Shown here in pieces: positions 13,316 to 26,138 of a DNA stretch of 64,000 nucleotides. The stretch comes from Camelus ferus (taxonomy: Eukaryota). The notes beneath the pieces were generated by a model, which ran no database searches, had not been told where the DNA came from, and saw only the letters and a program-made list of their open reading frames with translations. Position 1 is the first letter of the stretch. Every line of letters starts with the position of its first letter. The stretch is taken from the NCBI RefSeq assembly GCF_009834535.1, contig NC_045697.1, forward strand, positions 117,802,001 through 117,866,000, written 5' to 3'. Both the position numbers and the translations under genes were made by a program.

Positions 13316-13744
13316 TAACCGAAAACAAAGAAAAATTACCCGCAATTCCATTCTCCAGCGATAACCACTGTTTTAATATTGTAATATATCTGCATGTGGA
13401 TATTTATGGAAAAATACCTATGCTTGTATAAGTGAAGTCATGTTATAGCCAAGGTTTTATATGTTTCTTTTCTCGTTTAGCTTTGTATCATGAACATCTT
13501 TTCCAGGTCAACTTGAATTGAATGAAATGTAATTATAATTATATAGATCATTGTAAATTATACCACGTCGAATATGTTTGTGCATCTGTCTCTCTTGACT
13601 CATTCTTTTCCTTGGAATTTTCTTTTATAGTCTTCATGTTTGCAAGGCAAAGAGAATTCTGCATGTCCCAACTTGGGAGATGTTTAGATAGAGGAACTTG
13701 TGCTAGTGCTGTTTGTATAGGACTGAAATTTCACTTCATTTTAG

Positions 13745-14077
13745 GAATTTTTTTAATAGCAGCTTTATTGAGATTTAATTCATGTACCTTACAGTTCAGC
13801 CGTTTAAAGTGTAAAATTCAGTGATTTTTAGTATGTTCACAGAATTGTGCAACTGTCACACAGTGAACTTTAGAATACTTCTATCACGTTGGAAAGAAAG
13901 TGGTACCCTCCAGCTAGTATCTCCGTCTCCCCTCATGTCCTCCTCCCTAAGCAGAGATTGATATACTTTCCATCTCTAGAGATTTGCCTATTCTGGACAT
14001 CTTGCATCAGTGGAATCAGGTATATAAATATGTATATGTGTTTTTTTGTGATATAATTCTTTCCCTTAGCATAATGT
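13745..14077 (-). mobile_element. Old L1MB-type 3' end
   Basis: cagctttattgagatttaattcatgtacc...gatttgcctattctggacatc...cttagcataatgt. Confidence 0.75.
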
Positions 14078-14852
14078 ATAAAAGTACAGTCAGTTACAAT
14101 ATGTCAGTTTCTGGTGTACAGCACAATGTCCCAGTCATGCGTATACATACATATATTCATTTTCATTTTCTTTTTCATTAAAGGTTTTTACAAAATATTA
14201 AATATAGTTCCTTGTGCTATACAGAAGAAATTTATTTTTTAATCTATTTTTATATATAGTGGCTAACATTTGCAAATCTCAAACTCCCAAATTTATCCCG
14301 TCCCGTCCCTTTCCCCCAGTAACCATAAGATTGTTTACTGTGTCTGTGAGTCTGCTTCTGTTCTGTAGATGAGTTCATTAGTGCCCTCTTTTTTTCTTTT
14401 TTTAGGTACCACATATGAGTGATGTCATGCTATTTTTCTTTCTCCTTCTGGCTTAAATTCGCTTAGAATGATGATCTCTGGGTCCATCCATGTTGCTGCA
14501 AATGGCATTATTTCATGGCTGAGTAGTATTCCATTGTATAAATACACCACATATTCTTTATCCAGTCATCTGTCAATGGACATTTAGGTTGGTTTCATGT
14601 CTTGGCTACTGTATATAATGCTGCTGTGAACATTGGGGTGCCTGTGTCTTTTCTAATTAGAGTTCCCTCCAGATATATGCCCAGGAGTGGGGTTGCTGGA
14701 TCATATGATAGCTCTATTTTTAGTTTTTTAGTGAATCTCCACACTGTTTTCCATAATGGCTGTACCAAACTACATTCCCACCAGCAGTGTAAGAGGGTTC
14801 CCTTTTCTCCACACCCTCTCCAGAACTTATTGTTTGTGGATTTTTAATAATG
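14078..14852 (-). mobile_element. Lineage-specific L1, ORF2 end + 3'UTR
   Basis: Antisense L1: aaagtacagtcagttacaat...ccatccatgttgctgcaaatggc...cccaccagcagtgtaagagggttccc. Confidence 0.92.
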
Positions 14853-14864
14853 ATGGAAAGAATA

Positions 14865-15330
14865 ACCTTTTTTCAGTGGTCTTGCTCCTACAAATCCATG
14901 ACCTCAGACTAATCATGAGACAAACACCAGACAAATCTCAGTTAAGAGACATTCAACAAAATGCCTGGCTGGTGCTCCTCAAAACCGGTAAGGCCGGCAA
15001 AAAGAAAAAAGAAATGTCTGAGAAATTGTCACAGTAAAGGGAAGCCTAACGTAAGATAATATCGAAGTATTACTGTGATCTCCTGGGACAGAAAAGGGAC
15101 GGGACTGTCAGTAAAAACTGAGGACACATGATGAGTACATCTGTTTTGTTTGACATCTGTTAGTGGTAACACGTGTCAGTCTTGGTTCACTGATGGCAAA
15201 GCTACCACAGGGGTGGTCAGGATGTTGATGATGGGGAGACAACGTTTAGGGTTAAGGGGCACTCGGTACTGTCTTCACAATTTTTCTGTGAATCGCAAAT
15301 TTCTCTAAAATAATAAAATAAAATAAAACT
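14865..15330 (+). mobile_element. Old L1MC/L1MD-type 3'UTR
   Basis: ctaatcatgagacaaacaccagacaaatctc...gtactgtcttcacaatttttctgtgaatc...taaaataataaaataaaa. Confidence 0.7.
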
Positions 15331-17128
15331 ACGTGTAACTTTATGTAATTGAAGTGAAAATCCCTGTTGCCTGATGTCACTGAGCTACAGGTAGACCCCA
15401 CCGGGCGCCACCCCCGCCTGGGGACTCCCTCCGGCAATGCCAGGGGATAGCCAGCGCCCAGGACTGCAGAGAGGAAGCTGTAAGAGCTCATGAGTCATAC
15501 GTCTATTTCCACTTCAATCATTTCCCCCAGCCTCAAAGGGAAACCTGTGTCCACGCTCAGAATTTCTTTAAAGTACTTCATAAATCATTTTTTATAAACT
15601 GCCCCCCTAAGCCACCTTCCAAGAATGCTTAATTACAACGCACTAAAGGACCAGAAAGTCAGCCCCATTACTCATCTGCTTGCTCTTAAGATTATGGTTT
15701 TTACGTTCCGCTGTATCCCACGTTTTACAAGTGATTGTAAAAAACAGAGTAAATCGAAGAGAGAAAGTCATTATTCCTACAAAAGATGAGGCCAGACGAC
15801 CCCTTACCATGAGCCGCAGACACTCGAGAATTTAAGCAAGGAAACAGAAACTGGATTTCAGGTACTATATTTAACGATGGGTACCATTGTAATGGAAAGG
15901 AAAAGCAGGAAAAAGCTTGAACTTAACCATTTTCTAAATTTAGAACATTAACAAGTCCAAGTAGCAGTATTTTTAAGTGATTTGTATCTGTTTAGGTACA
16001 GTCAGCCCATGAAATTTTCTATTGTTTGTTTTTAAAACTTCTGACCTTATAAGTCCAGAAATGCCAGCATTTAAAATGTATTTTTTGTGTCTATTACATG
16101 TATACAAACAGACATTAAATGCATGTGTGTAGATTATAAACGTATGTCTCTCGATTGTTTCACACACACACGCCCCCCTCCACCCCACAATACAAGCAGA
16201 CAAAGGAGGGGACACCTTTCTCCCAACAATACTGGTTTCATGTTTTACTTTTGTTCACTGACACATTTGCATAATGGACTTGTAAGCAGAGCTGATCTCT
16301 GTGTTCAAGGCCATTTATCTGCAGTAAATTAAATGTGAGATGCTGTAGGACAGTTGTGTTCCTTTATTCCATTTGAGAGAGAGAACGCCTGCTTTGGGTG
16401 CCCTTTGGGTAATACAGAAAGGCTTTACTAATGTAATTAAAATAAAGCTGAGCTCTTTAAACTCTAAAGAGATTCACTTTGGTATCTGGGCAAATAGTAT
16501 TTCTTTGGGAATGAATCAGCGATTGGACGCAGATCCTTCTAAACAGTTGACAGAAAGGCGAGAAGCCGATACCTGTTTCCCACCCCAAGGTGTGAACCAC
16601 ATGATAATTTAGAAGATCTGTTTGACAGCAATTTGGAGCGGACGTGCAGTATTTTAGACAGAATAAGAAGCTTTGAAATCTGAGGCAGGAGTATGAATCC
16701 TGGTTCTGGTACCGAAGTCTCTATGTCATTTGGGTGAATTTTATTAATACCTTTGAGCCACAGTTGAGTTCACACATCTGCACGATACGGGAAACTCTCT
16801 TATCTTTGGGAAACAAAATGAACACGTGATTTTGTGAAATACCTTCCAAGGTGTCTGAGGAGTCAGAATTCAAGAGTAGAGCCAAAGCCATGCAGGGTTT
16901 TAGTGGTGATTTGGTGAAATCGTACGAGTGAGATGTCTACAGCCGCGTCCGGCACAACGGTGGGCACTCAGGTGGGGTCCTCCTTGCTCAGCGGTGCTCT
17001 CAGATTGCTGTGCTCATGTTCTCCACAATTAGGGTTAATTCCTTCGGTGAAGCTTGAAGGTTGTACGTGAAATCTGTGTTTATTTCTAGCTGGAAGCCTG
17101 CTCTTAGGTGTAACAACTCCATCCTTTT

Positions 17129-17669
17129 GTTTATGTTTTTAATTTAAAAATTTTTTTATTGAAGTCTAGTCTGTTTACAAAGTTGTGTTAATTTCTAGTG
17201 TGCAGCATAGTGATTCATTTATACATCTATATATTCATTTTCATATTCCTTTTCATTATCGGTTATTACAAGATACTGAATCTAGTTCCCTGTACTGAAC
17301 AGTACGACTTTGCTGTGTATCTATCCTGTACATAGTAGTTTGTGCTAAACCCAAACTCCTAATTTATCCCTCCCTCCCCCACTTCCCCCCTGGTGAGCAT
17401 AAGGCTTAAGTTTGTTTTCTATGTCTGTGAGTCTGTTTCTGTTTTGTAAATAGGTTCATGTGTCCTTTTTATTTAGATTCCACATATAAGTGAGATCTTA
17501 CAGTATTTTTCTTTCTGTCTGATGTACTTCACTTAGCATAGCACCATCCAAGTCCATCCGTGTTGCTGCAAATGGTAGTATTTCATTCTCTTTATGGCTG
17601 AGTAGTATTCCATTATATAAATACACCACAGCTTCTTTATCCAGCCATCTGTCGAGGGGCATTGAGCGT
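17129..17669 (-). mobile_element. L1 3' fragment with TSD
   Basis: Antisense L1 3'UTR; TSD ctccatcctttt (17117-17128) / ctccatccgttt (17670-17681). Confidence 0.92.
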
Positions 17670-17837
17670 CTCCATCCGTTTATATTTCACATCTGGGTAG
17701 AGGAAGCCCCAAACCTGGTCTGCCGGCCCTGCAGTGCCCAGGTGCTCCTGCTGCTAAGACACATGAATTTAGGCCAGGATGCTGTTCCTTTTGTGATGTT
17801 TGATTTGCAGATGGTAATTTTCCTTTTAACTTACACT

Positions 17838-18090
17838 TTTATTCAGCAAATACTTACTGGGCACCCATTATGCAGTGAAAAAATACAGATAAAGTCTCTC
17901 TGTTCTCAATGAGTTTTCATCCCTGTGAGGGTGGACAGCCGGTAAACCTGTAAGTGTAGATGTGCCGGGTGGTGAGGAGTGCTAAGAGGGAAGTAAAGCA
18001 GGAGTGACAGATGTGCAGGTTGGCAGGTGCTGTTTCAGTAGTGAGGGAAGGCTTCACAGAGGAGGCACTTTTGAGCTTCGGGGTAAAGTC
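17838..18090 (-). mobile_element. L2 relic
   Basis: ttattcagcaaatacttactgggcacccattatgc...gtgagggaaggcttcacagaggagg. Confidence 0.65.
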
Positions 18091-18429
18091 GATAGTTGGA
18101 ATGATTGTAAAACACATGCGCACGCGAATGAAATTTATTTAAAGCTTGTTTGTATCTCCTAAAGTTTATGTCACACAAACATCTTAAGAGAAGATTGATT
18201 CCTATTTGTATCTTATAAGTGATGGAACCCTCCTGCCATCATTAACTGAGGCTAGGCCCCCAATCCCTCTGTCCTCCCCTGCTGCAGTGTCCTTGCCTTG
18301 CTGGTGGCACTCTTGGGCTCCCTCTGCATGTAAATCCTTTGCGGACTTTCTAGAGAGAACTACTAAGAGCAGCGTCCTTGCTGAGAACCCTTCTGTGACT
18401 CCCCACTCTCTCTAAGGGCATTTTTTATA

Positions 18430-18600
18430 ATCCACGGATGTCCCAGCATCAAGACAGCTGTGGTCCTTGTCAAAAACGCAAGTTCCCTGGCATAGACGCT
18501 GATGTAATGAATCAGAGCCTCTAGAGGTGGGACCCCCATGAATATTTATAAGAAACAGCCCAGATGACTTACATGCTTGATACGATCCGAGCATCATCAA
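18430..18600. mobile_element. MER5-like hAT-Charlie relic
   Basis: tgaatcagagcctctagaggtgggaccc...aacagcccagatgacttacatgc resembles MER5A/B. Confidence 0.55.
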
Positions 18601-21470
18601 TGTATTAGATAAAATACCAGCTCTGGAATGGAGTGTGCAAAGCTCATTCTTGACTCTTCGTGTCACCTGTTTCCTCTCTGCCTCCTGCACCCGGTCCCCT
18701 GGCCTCTCCTGCTCATCCTTTAAGACCAGAGACAGCAGCATCTCATCCCAGGGTCTAATCTGTTCTCCCGCCGCCCAACTGCACGTGCTTCTCTCTGTCA
18801 GTCTTCTTATCCTGTTCTCAGCCCCTCCCTCCCTTTAGACGATGACGATCCTGAGGCTGGAGAGTCGTGTTTACACAACACATAGCAAGGTATCTGGCAT
18901 GAGGTAGACCTTTAAAAAAAATCTTTCAAAAAATAATTTTAGATGGGTGAACAGATGGCACCACTTTCTAGTGGACAGGGAGCCCACTATGGAAGCTGAG
19001 CCTGCGTTTTAGGTAGGTCACGCAAGAGATAGACGAGAAAGAGAAGGTCAAAACTGGACATGTTGAATTCTAGTAAGAATTTCTAAAATTGGATGTTTAG
19101 GAGCTCACGACTGGAGATTCGCCTTAGATCTAGGAAGAGATGATTGGCATCGTGGGGCCACAGCCAGGTGGATGCAGAGGCTTTATGTTTTACACATATT
19201 TGGTTCAAACTTGCTGTTTATTTATTTAACAAAGATGATCAGGGTATTCATTTAGAGACACACAGTCATGATCTAAAGTCTAGAAATGAACTGTCTGGAA
19301 GATACCAGCCAAGCTGGGGTCATTGAAGTAACGTGATTAGATGATCTTTTAGAGGAAGGAATGGACAGCTTAGGATGTAGATGATAGAGAAGACCTGTAT
19401 TTAAAGAGAAACTGAGAATGAGGGCTTCAGAGGAGGAAGCAGAGAGAGGGACTGGCAGCCGAGGGGAGGTTTTATGGAGACGGGGAGTGGTCGGCTGTGA
19501 CAAATGCTGCAGAAAGATCCAGTGAAGTGAGGATTGAAAGCTGTCTTTTGGACTTTGCATTTAGGAGTCAGCAGGGACATTAAGGCAAGCAGTTTTAATG
19601 GGGTGACAGGGGTGGGAGCCCTTGGGGTGGTCAGTGAAGATGCTGCCATTGAGAATCACCTCCGTGCTCAGGAAGCTTTAGACCGAGGGCAGCAGGACGG
19701 CGAAGAGGCGTGCTCTTCCCGGGGGTGATTTAGTTTGGTTTTCCTTCTGGTCCCTGTAACTTGAGCACGTGTAATTGCCCAAGAGATAGAAATCCTAGGA
19801 AAAGGAAAGTTCCTTAGGAACCAGGAAGGATTGGACGTTACTGACATGGAGAGGAATGGAGGCTGGGTCCCTGAGCATAAGTGGAGGAACGAGGGACGTT
19901 AGCTTGAGAAGGGGACACACGCCTCTTCCTCCGGAGTGAACAGGGAAGAGGGGACACAGGCCCCGTCGGGAGACATGCATGTGGAGAAGTGAGAGAGAGA
20001 CCTGGAGGTCGGTCCACTCCAGACTCCTTTATCTGATCCTCCGTGGTGGGTGCTGATCACTTTCAATAGTGCATATAGCCTGTTTGCTGAGATACCATAG
20101 AGCTTCACCTCATCCATCTCACCCAGAGTCACAGCTTTCTGGTGGGAAGCTGATCAGTCTGATCCTAAAGCCAACATTTATGACTCGAAGTCTCAATCAC
20201 TGATGAAGGGTTAAGGCAAATCTCTTCGCAGTGTGGGTTTCATGTGTCTTACTGTCGCTTGTGTTTGGTGATTGGGTTTGCTCATTCAGATCTCTAAAAA
20301 CGGAACTAACTTCACTTGCAAGTAACATATACCTTCCAAAATGCTATGCTCACGAATGTGAGTATTGATGGTGCCTTTCTGGAAATCTGTCTAGGCCATT
20401 CAGATGTCTCAGCTTTTTCCCCTATTTTCAACTCACATTTAATATAGAACAAGGAACAATTTTGCACCCTGGTGGGGCTCTTTTCTGATAGGTCGGGTGG
20501 AACTCATTCATTCAGTTTCATATGGACAAAGTCATGTGATTTGGGGCCAGAAAATGTGTGTATGTGCAGGGGGCAGAGAAGGCAGACTGAAAAGTCAAAA
20601 AAGAAGGCTGACCTAAAGCGTGGTGAGTTTGAAAGAATGATTTTGGCTATCATGTTGTTAATTCGAGCAGTTTCCTTTGTTGAATTATCAAAGGAGATGT
20701 AGCTTTCCAATAACTCAAAAAAGTGAGACCACATCTCTGTTTTTGAGTCAAGATGATTTTCTGTATACCTCAATAAAACCTAAAAAATTAATCTCACTGC
20801 CTTTCCCTCCCCAAATCAGCTTCTGTCCTCTGTCCTGTTACACGTAGAAACCTGAGCATCTGTAGATTTCTGCATTCCTGCAGCAGGGTATTGACAGGCC
20901 TTCTTCACCGTAGGTATTAAATTATGCTCCTCGTGAAGTGAGTAAGATCATTTCTGCCAAAAAGGGATGCCTTCATTTTAGCAGGTGATCCAGAGACGTA
21001 TGTTGTTGGTCTTTTCCTGGCTCCATTTCAAACCTTCATTAGAATCTACTCTTCTTAAAAAACAAAACAAAACAAACCCCCCCCCCCAAACTTCACTTCC
21101 AGATATGTCACCCAGTGGTGCTGAAAACTTGCTCGGTTTTCTCATAAAGTTTCTTTCAGCAGCTGCCATGTTTCTGGGCTTCACTGGACGCTTGAGTAGC
21201 TTCCTACCTTCTGACTCCTTGGGTTGCCGTGGTAACTGATGTCCAGTAAGCACAGCAAATCTGCATAGTTTTCTGTGTTTCCACCTCTTAATGCACATGT
21301 AACTTGTTAGATGTATGACTTTTTCAAATGTAGAACTGAAATTCTGATTTGTTGATAATTGTGTTATATCCATCTATTAATTAAAATGTGTCAGTTTAAA
21401 ATTGTGATAAAGCTTTGAATAAGCAGGAGCTGTGATGTGGGCTGGAGGAATCCACATCAGGTGGCATTTC

Positions 21471-22113
21471 TTTTTTTTTTTAATTGAAGTGTTGTCAGTT
21501 TACAATGTGGTGTCAATTTCTGGTGTACAGCATTATGTTTTAGTCATATATATGCATACATATATTCGTTTTCATATTCTTTTTCATCATAGCTTACTGC
21601 AAGATGTTGAATATAGTTTCCTCTGCTATACAGAATAGTTTTTTGAAATCTGTCTTATATACGTTAGTTTGTATCTGCAAATCTTGAACTCTCAATTTAT
21701 CCCTTCTTATCCACTCTCTCCCGGTGGTAACCATAACTTTGTTTTCTGTGTCTGTGAATCTGGTTTTGTTTTGTAAGTAAGTTCATTTGTGTCTTTTTTT
21801 TTTTAATTCCACATATGAGATATCATATGGTATTTGTCTTTCTCTGTGTGACTTCCTTCACTTAGAATGATGATCTCTAGGTCCATCCATGTTGCCACAA
21901 ATGGTATTATTTCATTGTTTTTTATGGGTGAGTAGTATTCCATTGTATAAATATACCACAGCTTCTTTATCCAGTCATCTGTTGATTGGACTTTTAAGTT
22001 GCTTCCATGTCCTGCATATTGTAAATAGTGCTGGTATGAGCATTGGCGTGCATGTGTCTTTCTGAGTTAGAGTTCCCTCTGGATACATGCCCAAGAGTGA
22101 GATTGCTGGATCA
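21471..22113 (-). mobile_element. L1 3' fragment
   Basis: poly(T)-aattgaagtgttgtcagtttacaatg...ggatacatgcccaagagtgagattgctggatca. Confidence 0.92.
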
Positions 22114-23363
22114 AGGGGTCAGTTCTCTTGACAGCAGACCTGTAGACCTATGTGACCAGGAGCATGTGAATGACTTGATCTTGAGGTGTCTAAACTGTAG
22201 AATGAAGCTGTCACTTCTTCTCAGGGTCATTTGGGGAGAGAGTGGGGATGTATGAAAGCATTCAGCATTTTGCCAGTCATGGGTCAGACCCTCATAGACA
22301 TTGCTGGAGAGTGGTGGCTCTCAGAAGCATCTTCAAGGCAACAATGATGTTTATGTCTAATCTTTAGACAGTAGAGAGTTGTGATATATTTTTGAATTAT
22401 GCTAAGAAAGATTCAATTATGCCCTGTATATTTCTGTGTTGTGTGTTTGGTAAAAAGGTACATCATGTTTGATACATGAATTGCTTTACTATTTAACCAG
22501 TCAGAATTCCTTCATCCTGCTATCAGGTTTCCATTATCATTCGTTTTCTTCGTAATCTGTAGTTGAAATGCTATAATCTTTTCTAATCTTACTTAAGTTT
22601 TGTGGAGTTTTGACTAAGTTACCTTCTTTGGATTCACTCGGTGAAAGAGGATTACTTATTATTGTGGCTGTGTTAATGTTTAATTTATTAGTCATGTTTG
22701 TTTTCCTGGTGAATCAACATTTTCAGCTCTTGTGTTACTTCCCTGACTTTTCTGCTTCAAGTTCATTCTTCCCTGTTCCCTCACTTTCTTTTGCCTTTCT
22801 GTGTGACTTACTTTAGTCTTGTGGTTTGGTTTAAAACCACAGAAGTGTTGTGCATGTATACTGTACTATATATACACAGACATGTGCACTTATACGTAGA
22901 TTTTATGTCTTTATGAGGAATTCAGGTAGAATTTATCACTTTTATGAATCTGTGTTTTTTTCTATTGTTTTGTTATCCCAAGTTCAATATAAAAGCATTT
23001 GGATTTTTGTATACTTTAGAGTACTTTTGTGTTGACATTACTTTTTCCCATTCGTGAGTAGGTCTAGTAGACCTCTTTTTATCCGTTCTGACCACGCGTA
23101 CCTTCTCGCCATCAACGCCAGGACTGAAGTTTAAAACAGGCATTGCTGCTGGTGTATGTAATGAACAGGAGAGTGCGTCTCACATTCAGAAAACCAGACA
23201 CTCTTCTTACCTTATCCTTTGTTTTTCCACTAAAATTCTGTCATTGACTCACAGTGTTTTAAAAGAATTGTGGCAAATGCTGTTAGTCTGTTATTTAATG
23301 AACAGTATTGCAATACAAAATATTGAGGAAGGATGTTATGAAGTGCTTTTAAAACTCATCTGA

Positions 23364-23780
23364 TTGACCAGCAGACACATGAAAAGGTGCTCAGTATTAC
23401 TAATTATGAGAGAAATGCAAATCAAAACTACAATGAGGTATCACCTCACACTGGTCAGAATGGCCATCATTCAAAAGTACACAAAAGATAAATGCTGGAG
23501 AGGGTGTGAAGTAAAGGGAACCCTCCTACACTGCTGCTGGGAATGTAATTTGGTGCAGCCACTATGGAAAATAGTATGGAGATTCCTTAAAAAAATTAAG
23601 CATAGACTTACCCTATGATCTAGCAATCCCCATCCTGGGCATATATTCAGAGGAAACTCTAATTCAAAAAGATACATACACCCCATTGTTCACAGCAGCA
23701 CTATTTACAATAGTCAAGACATGGAAACAACCTAAATGTCCATCAACAGGTGACTGGATAAAGAAGCTGTGGTATGTTTA

Positions 23781-23783
<3 letters not shown>
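23364..23783 (+). mobile_element. L1 ORF2 C-terminal fragment
   Basis: ORF 23364-23618 encodes ...MQIKTTMRYHLTLVRMAII...[17 protein letters not shown]. Confidence 0.93.

Positions 23784-23823
<40 letters not shown>
23784..23823. repeat. (TA)n microsatellite, about 20 units
   Basis: Seen directly. Confidence 0.95.
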
Positions 23824-23826
<3 letters not shown>

Positions 23827-23970
23827 CTTTTCAGATCCTTTTCCATTATAGGCTATTACAAGGTGTTGAATATAGTTCCCTGTGCTCTACTGTAGGACCT
23901 TGTTGTTTATCTATTCTATATAATAATTTGTATCTGCCAATCCCAAGCTCCCAATTATTCCCTCCCCCCA
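23824..23970 (-). mobile_element. Antisense L1 3'UTR internal fragment
   Basis: ttccttttcagatccttttccattataggctattacaaggtgttgaatatagttccctgtgc...tcccaattattccctccccc. Confidence 0.88.
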
Positions 23971-24432
23971 TATTTTAATTCATTGCATTTTTATAGCTTT
24001 CTCCAACTTCCCTCATAATAATCTCTCAGGATCTTCATCTCCTGCTTTGGATGCCCAGTCTACCAGGTATCCACTGTCAGGACGGTATTCTGTGAGGATT
24101 ACCTTTCATTTTTGTTTGAGAGTCATGGTAGGAAAAACGTTGGTGTCCTCAGAGATAATTAAAAAGGAATTAAAAACTCACAACAACAAAATAAAAAAAA
24201 TAGACCCTGTCTGAGAACTGTTTCTGGGGAGGAGACCATTAATTCTGCTTTTCATGGGGTGCATTTTAGTCGCTAGCAGGGCCTCAAAGCTGAGTTGAGG
24301 AGCACAGGTCACTTTTGTTGATGACACCTCAGCTGGAGTGTAATCTACCTGAAGACACTGACCATCATTATTGTACAGTATCTGCCACTGCTGGTGTCTC
24401 CGTGGTCCTGGCATTTACTGGTGCTTTCCATC

Positions 24433-24566
24433 TTTTTGGGGGGGAGTGGAGGGAGGGAGGGAAGTGCATTTACTTATTTACTTCTCTAATGGCAGGACTA
24501 GGGACTGAACCCAGGACCTCATGCCTGCTGAGCAAGGGCTTTACCACTGAGCTCCACCCTCCCCCC
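24433..24566 (-). mobile_element. tRNA-derived camelid SINE
   Basis: gggactgaacccaggacctcatgcctgctgagc...accactgagctccaccctccccc, an antisense tRNA-like head. Confidence 0.85.
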
Positions 24567-25617
24567 TCATATCTTTTTTCATTTGTCTTATGAGGTAGAT
24601 ATTATTTAATAATAATAAAATGTATTATTTTATAGATAAGGAGCTCCAAGGTCAGGATTTGAATGGTTCCAGATTATATAGCTGGTCGAGCTAGCCCTGA
24701 GCCTGGTTTTGGCTGTGTTCAGAGCTTCTGCAAGACTTCTAAACCCACACAGCAGGGCTCGGTACATGCCGGTTGGCAGACATCCATCATGTCTGGGTGA
24801 AACAGAACTCTGTTCATCTCGGTGATGGCCTTTAGAACAAAAGCACTGTTTGTGTTTGTGTTCAGGTTTTTCAGTTATGAAAGGCCTTCCCATATTGATG
24901 CTGATAGAAAATTCACTTTTAGTGGGAAATGATCAGACTTTTCACAAAAGCTCTCCCTTTTGGTATAAATGATTGCTGACTCATTCAGCCGGAAAACCTG
25001 CTACCTTCAGTCACCGCGACATCTTAGCATGCATGCTAAGAAAGGGGGAAAGGTTTATATTGTTTGCCTGAGTCTGTGATTAACTTAGTTAACTCAACAC
25101 TATAAAAGTTTGCGGCAAGGCTAATCTGAGGTCATTTCAGTTTGTCTTTGGTGGCCAGCCGGGTGGAAGTCACTATTCCTGTCTGAGGGTGGATGTCATC
25201 AGACTGTGAGGTTAATGTCCACAGCCTCGCCGTCCTCAGTGAAAATGTAATATGTGTGTGTCTGTGTTACCAAATGACGTGTGTGATGGGCAGCAGAAAA
25301 ATGTAAATGTTGAAATGACACATTTAGGGAGAATTATATTTGTAAAAGTTATTCTTTAAATTTGTGTTTGCTACTATGTGGCCATAGCAATATTTACACG
25401 AAACATTGTACAGCTTACTAAGTTTTTTTTTAAACATTAGCTTTTTATTCAACACATTTATTGAGCATCAGTTTACTCTGTTATAAACTGAGTGAAGAGA
25501 GCCCAGAGATCTTGCATGAGCAAGACCGCAGGTTAGTGACAACCACAAGTAAACCAACAAAAGGGGTCCACGTGGGAGCAGCGGGAGGAGAAAGCCTTAA
25601 CGTTGAGTATGTTAAGG

Positions 25618-26138
25618 ATACGTGCAAAGCAAAACCACAATGAAGACTAACCTCACACCTGTTAGAATGGTGATCATCAAAAAGTCTACAGGTAACAAGC
25701 GTTTGTGCGGATGTGGGGGAAAGGGAACCCCTACACCGTTAGTGGGAATGTAAGTTGATGCAGCCACTGTGGAAAACAGTATGGAGATTCCTCAAAAACT
25801 AAAAATAGAATGACCATGTGATCCAGCAATCCCACTCCTGGGTGTATATCTGGGAAAAATGAAAACACCAATTCATAAAGACACATGCACCCTAATGTTC
25901 ACAGCAGCACTGTATGCAATAGCCAAGACATGGAAACAGCCTAAATGTCCATTGACAGATGACTGGGTAGAGCAGATGTGGTGTATTTATACGATGGAAT
26001 ACTACTCAGCCATAACAAAGAATGAAATCCTGCCATTTGCAGTAATGCGGATAGACTTCGAGAATCTTATGTTAGTGAAATAAGTCAGATAGAGAAAGAC
26101 AAAATCTATATGATATCACTTATATGTGAAATCTAAAA
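25618..26138 (+). mobile_element. L1 ORF2 C-terminal fragment, ending at the A-run after ORF2
   Basis: ORF 25859-26083 encodes ...MFTAALYAIAKTWKQPKCP...MEYYSAITKNE. Confidence 0.9.
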
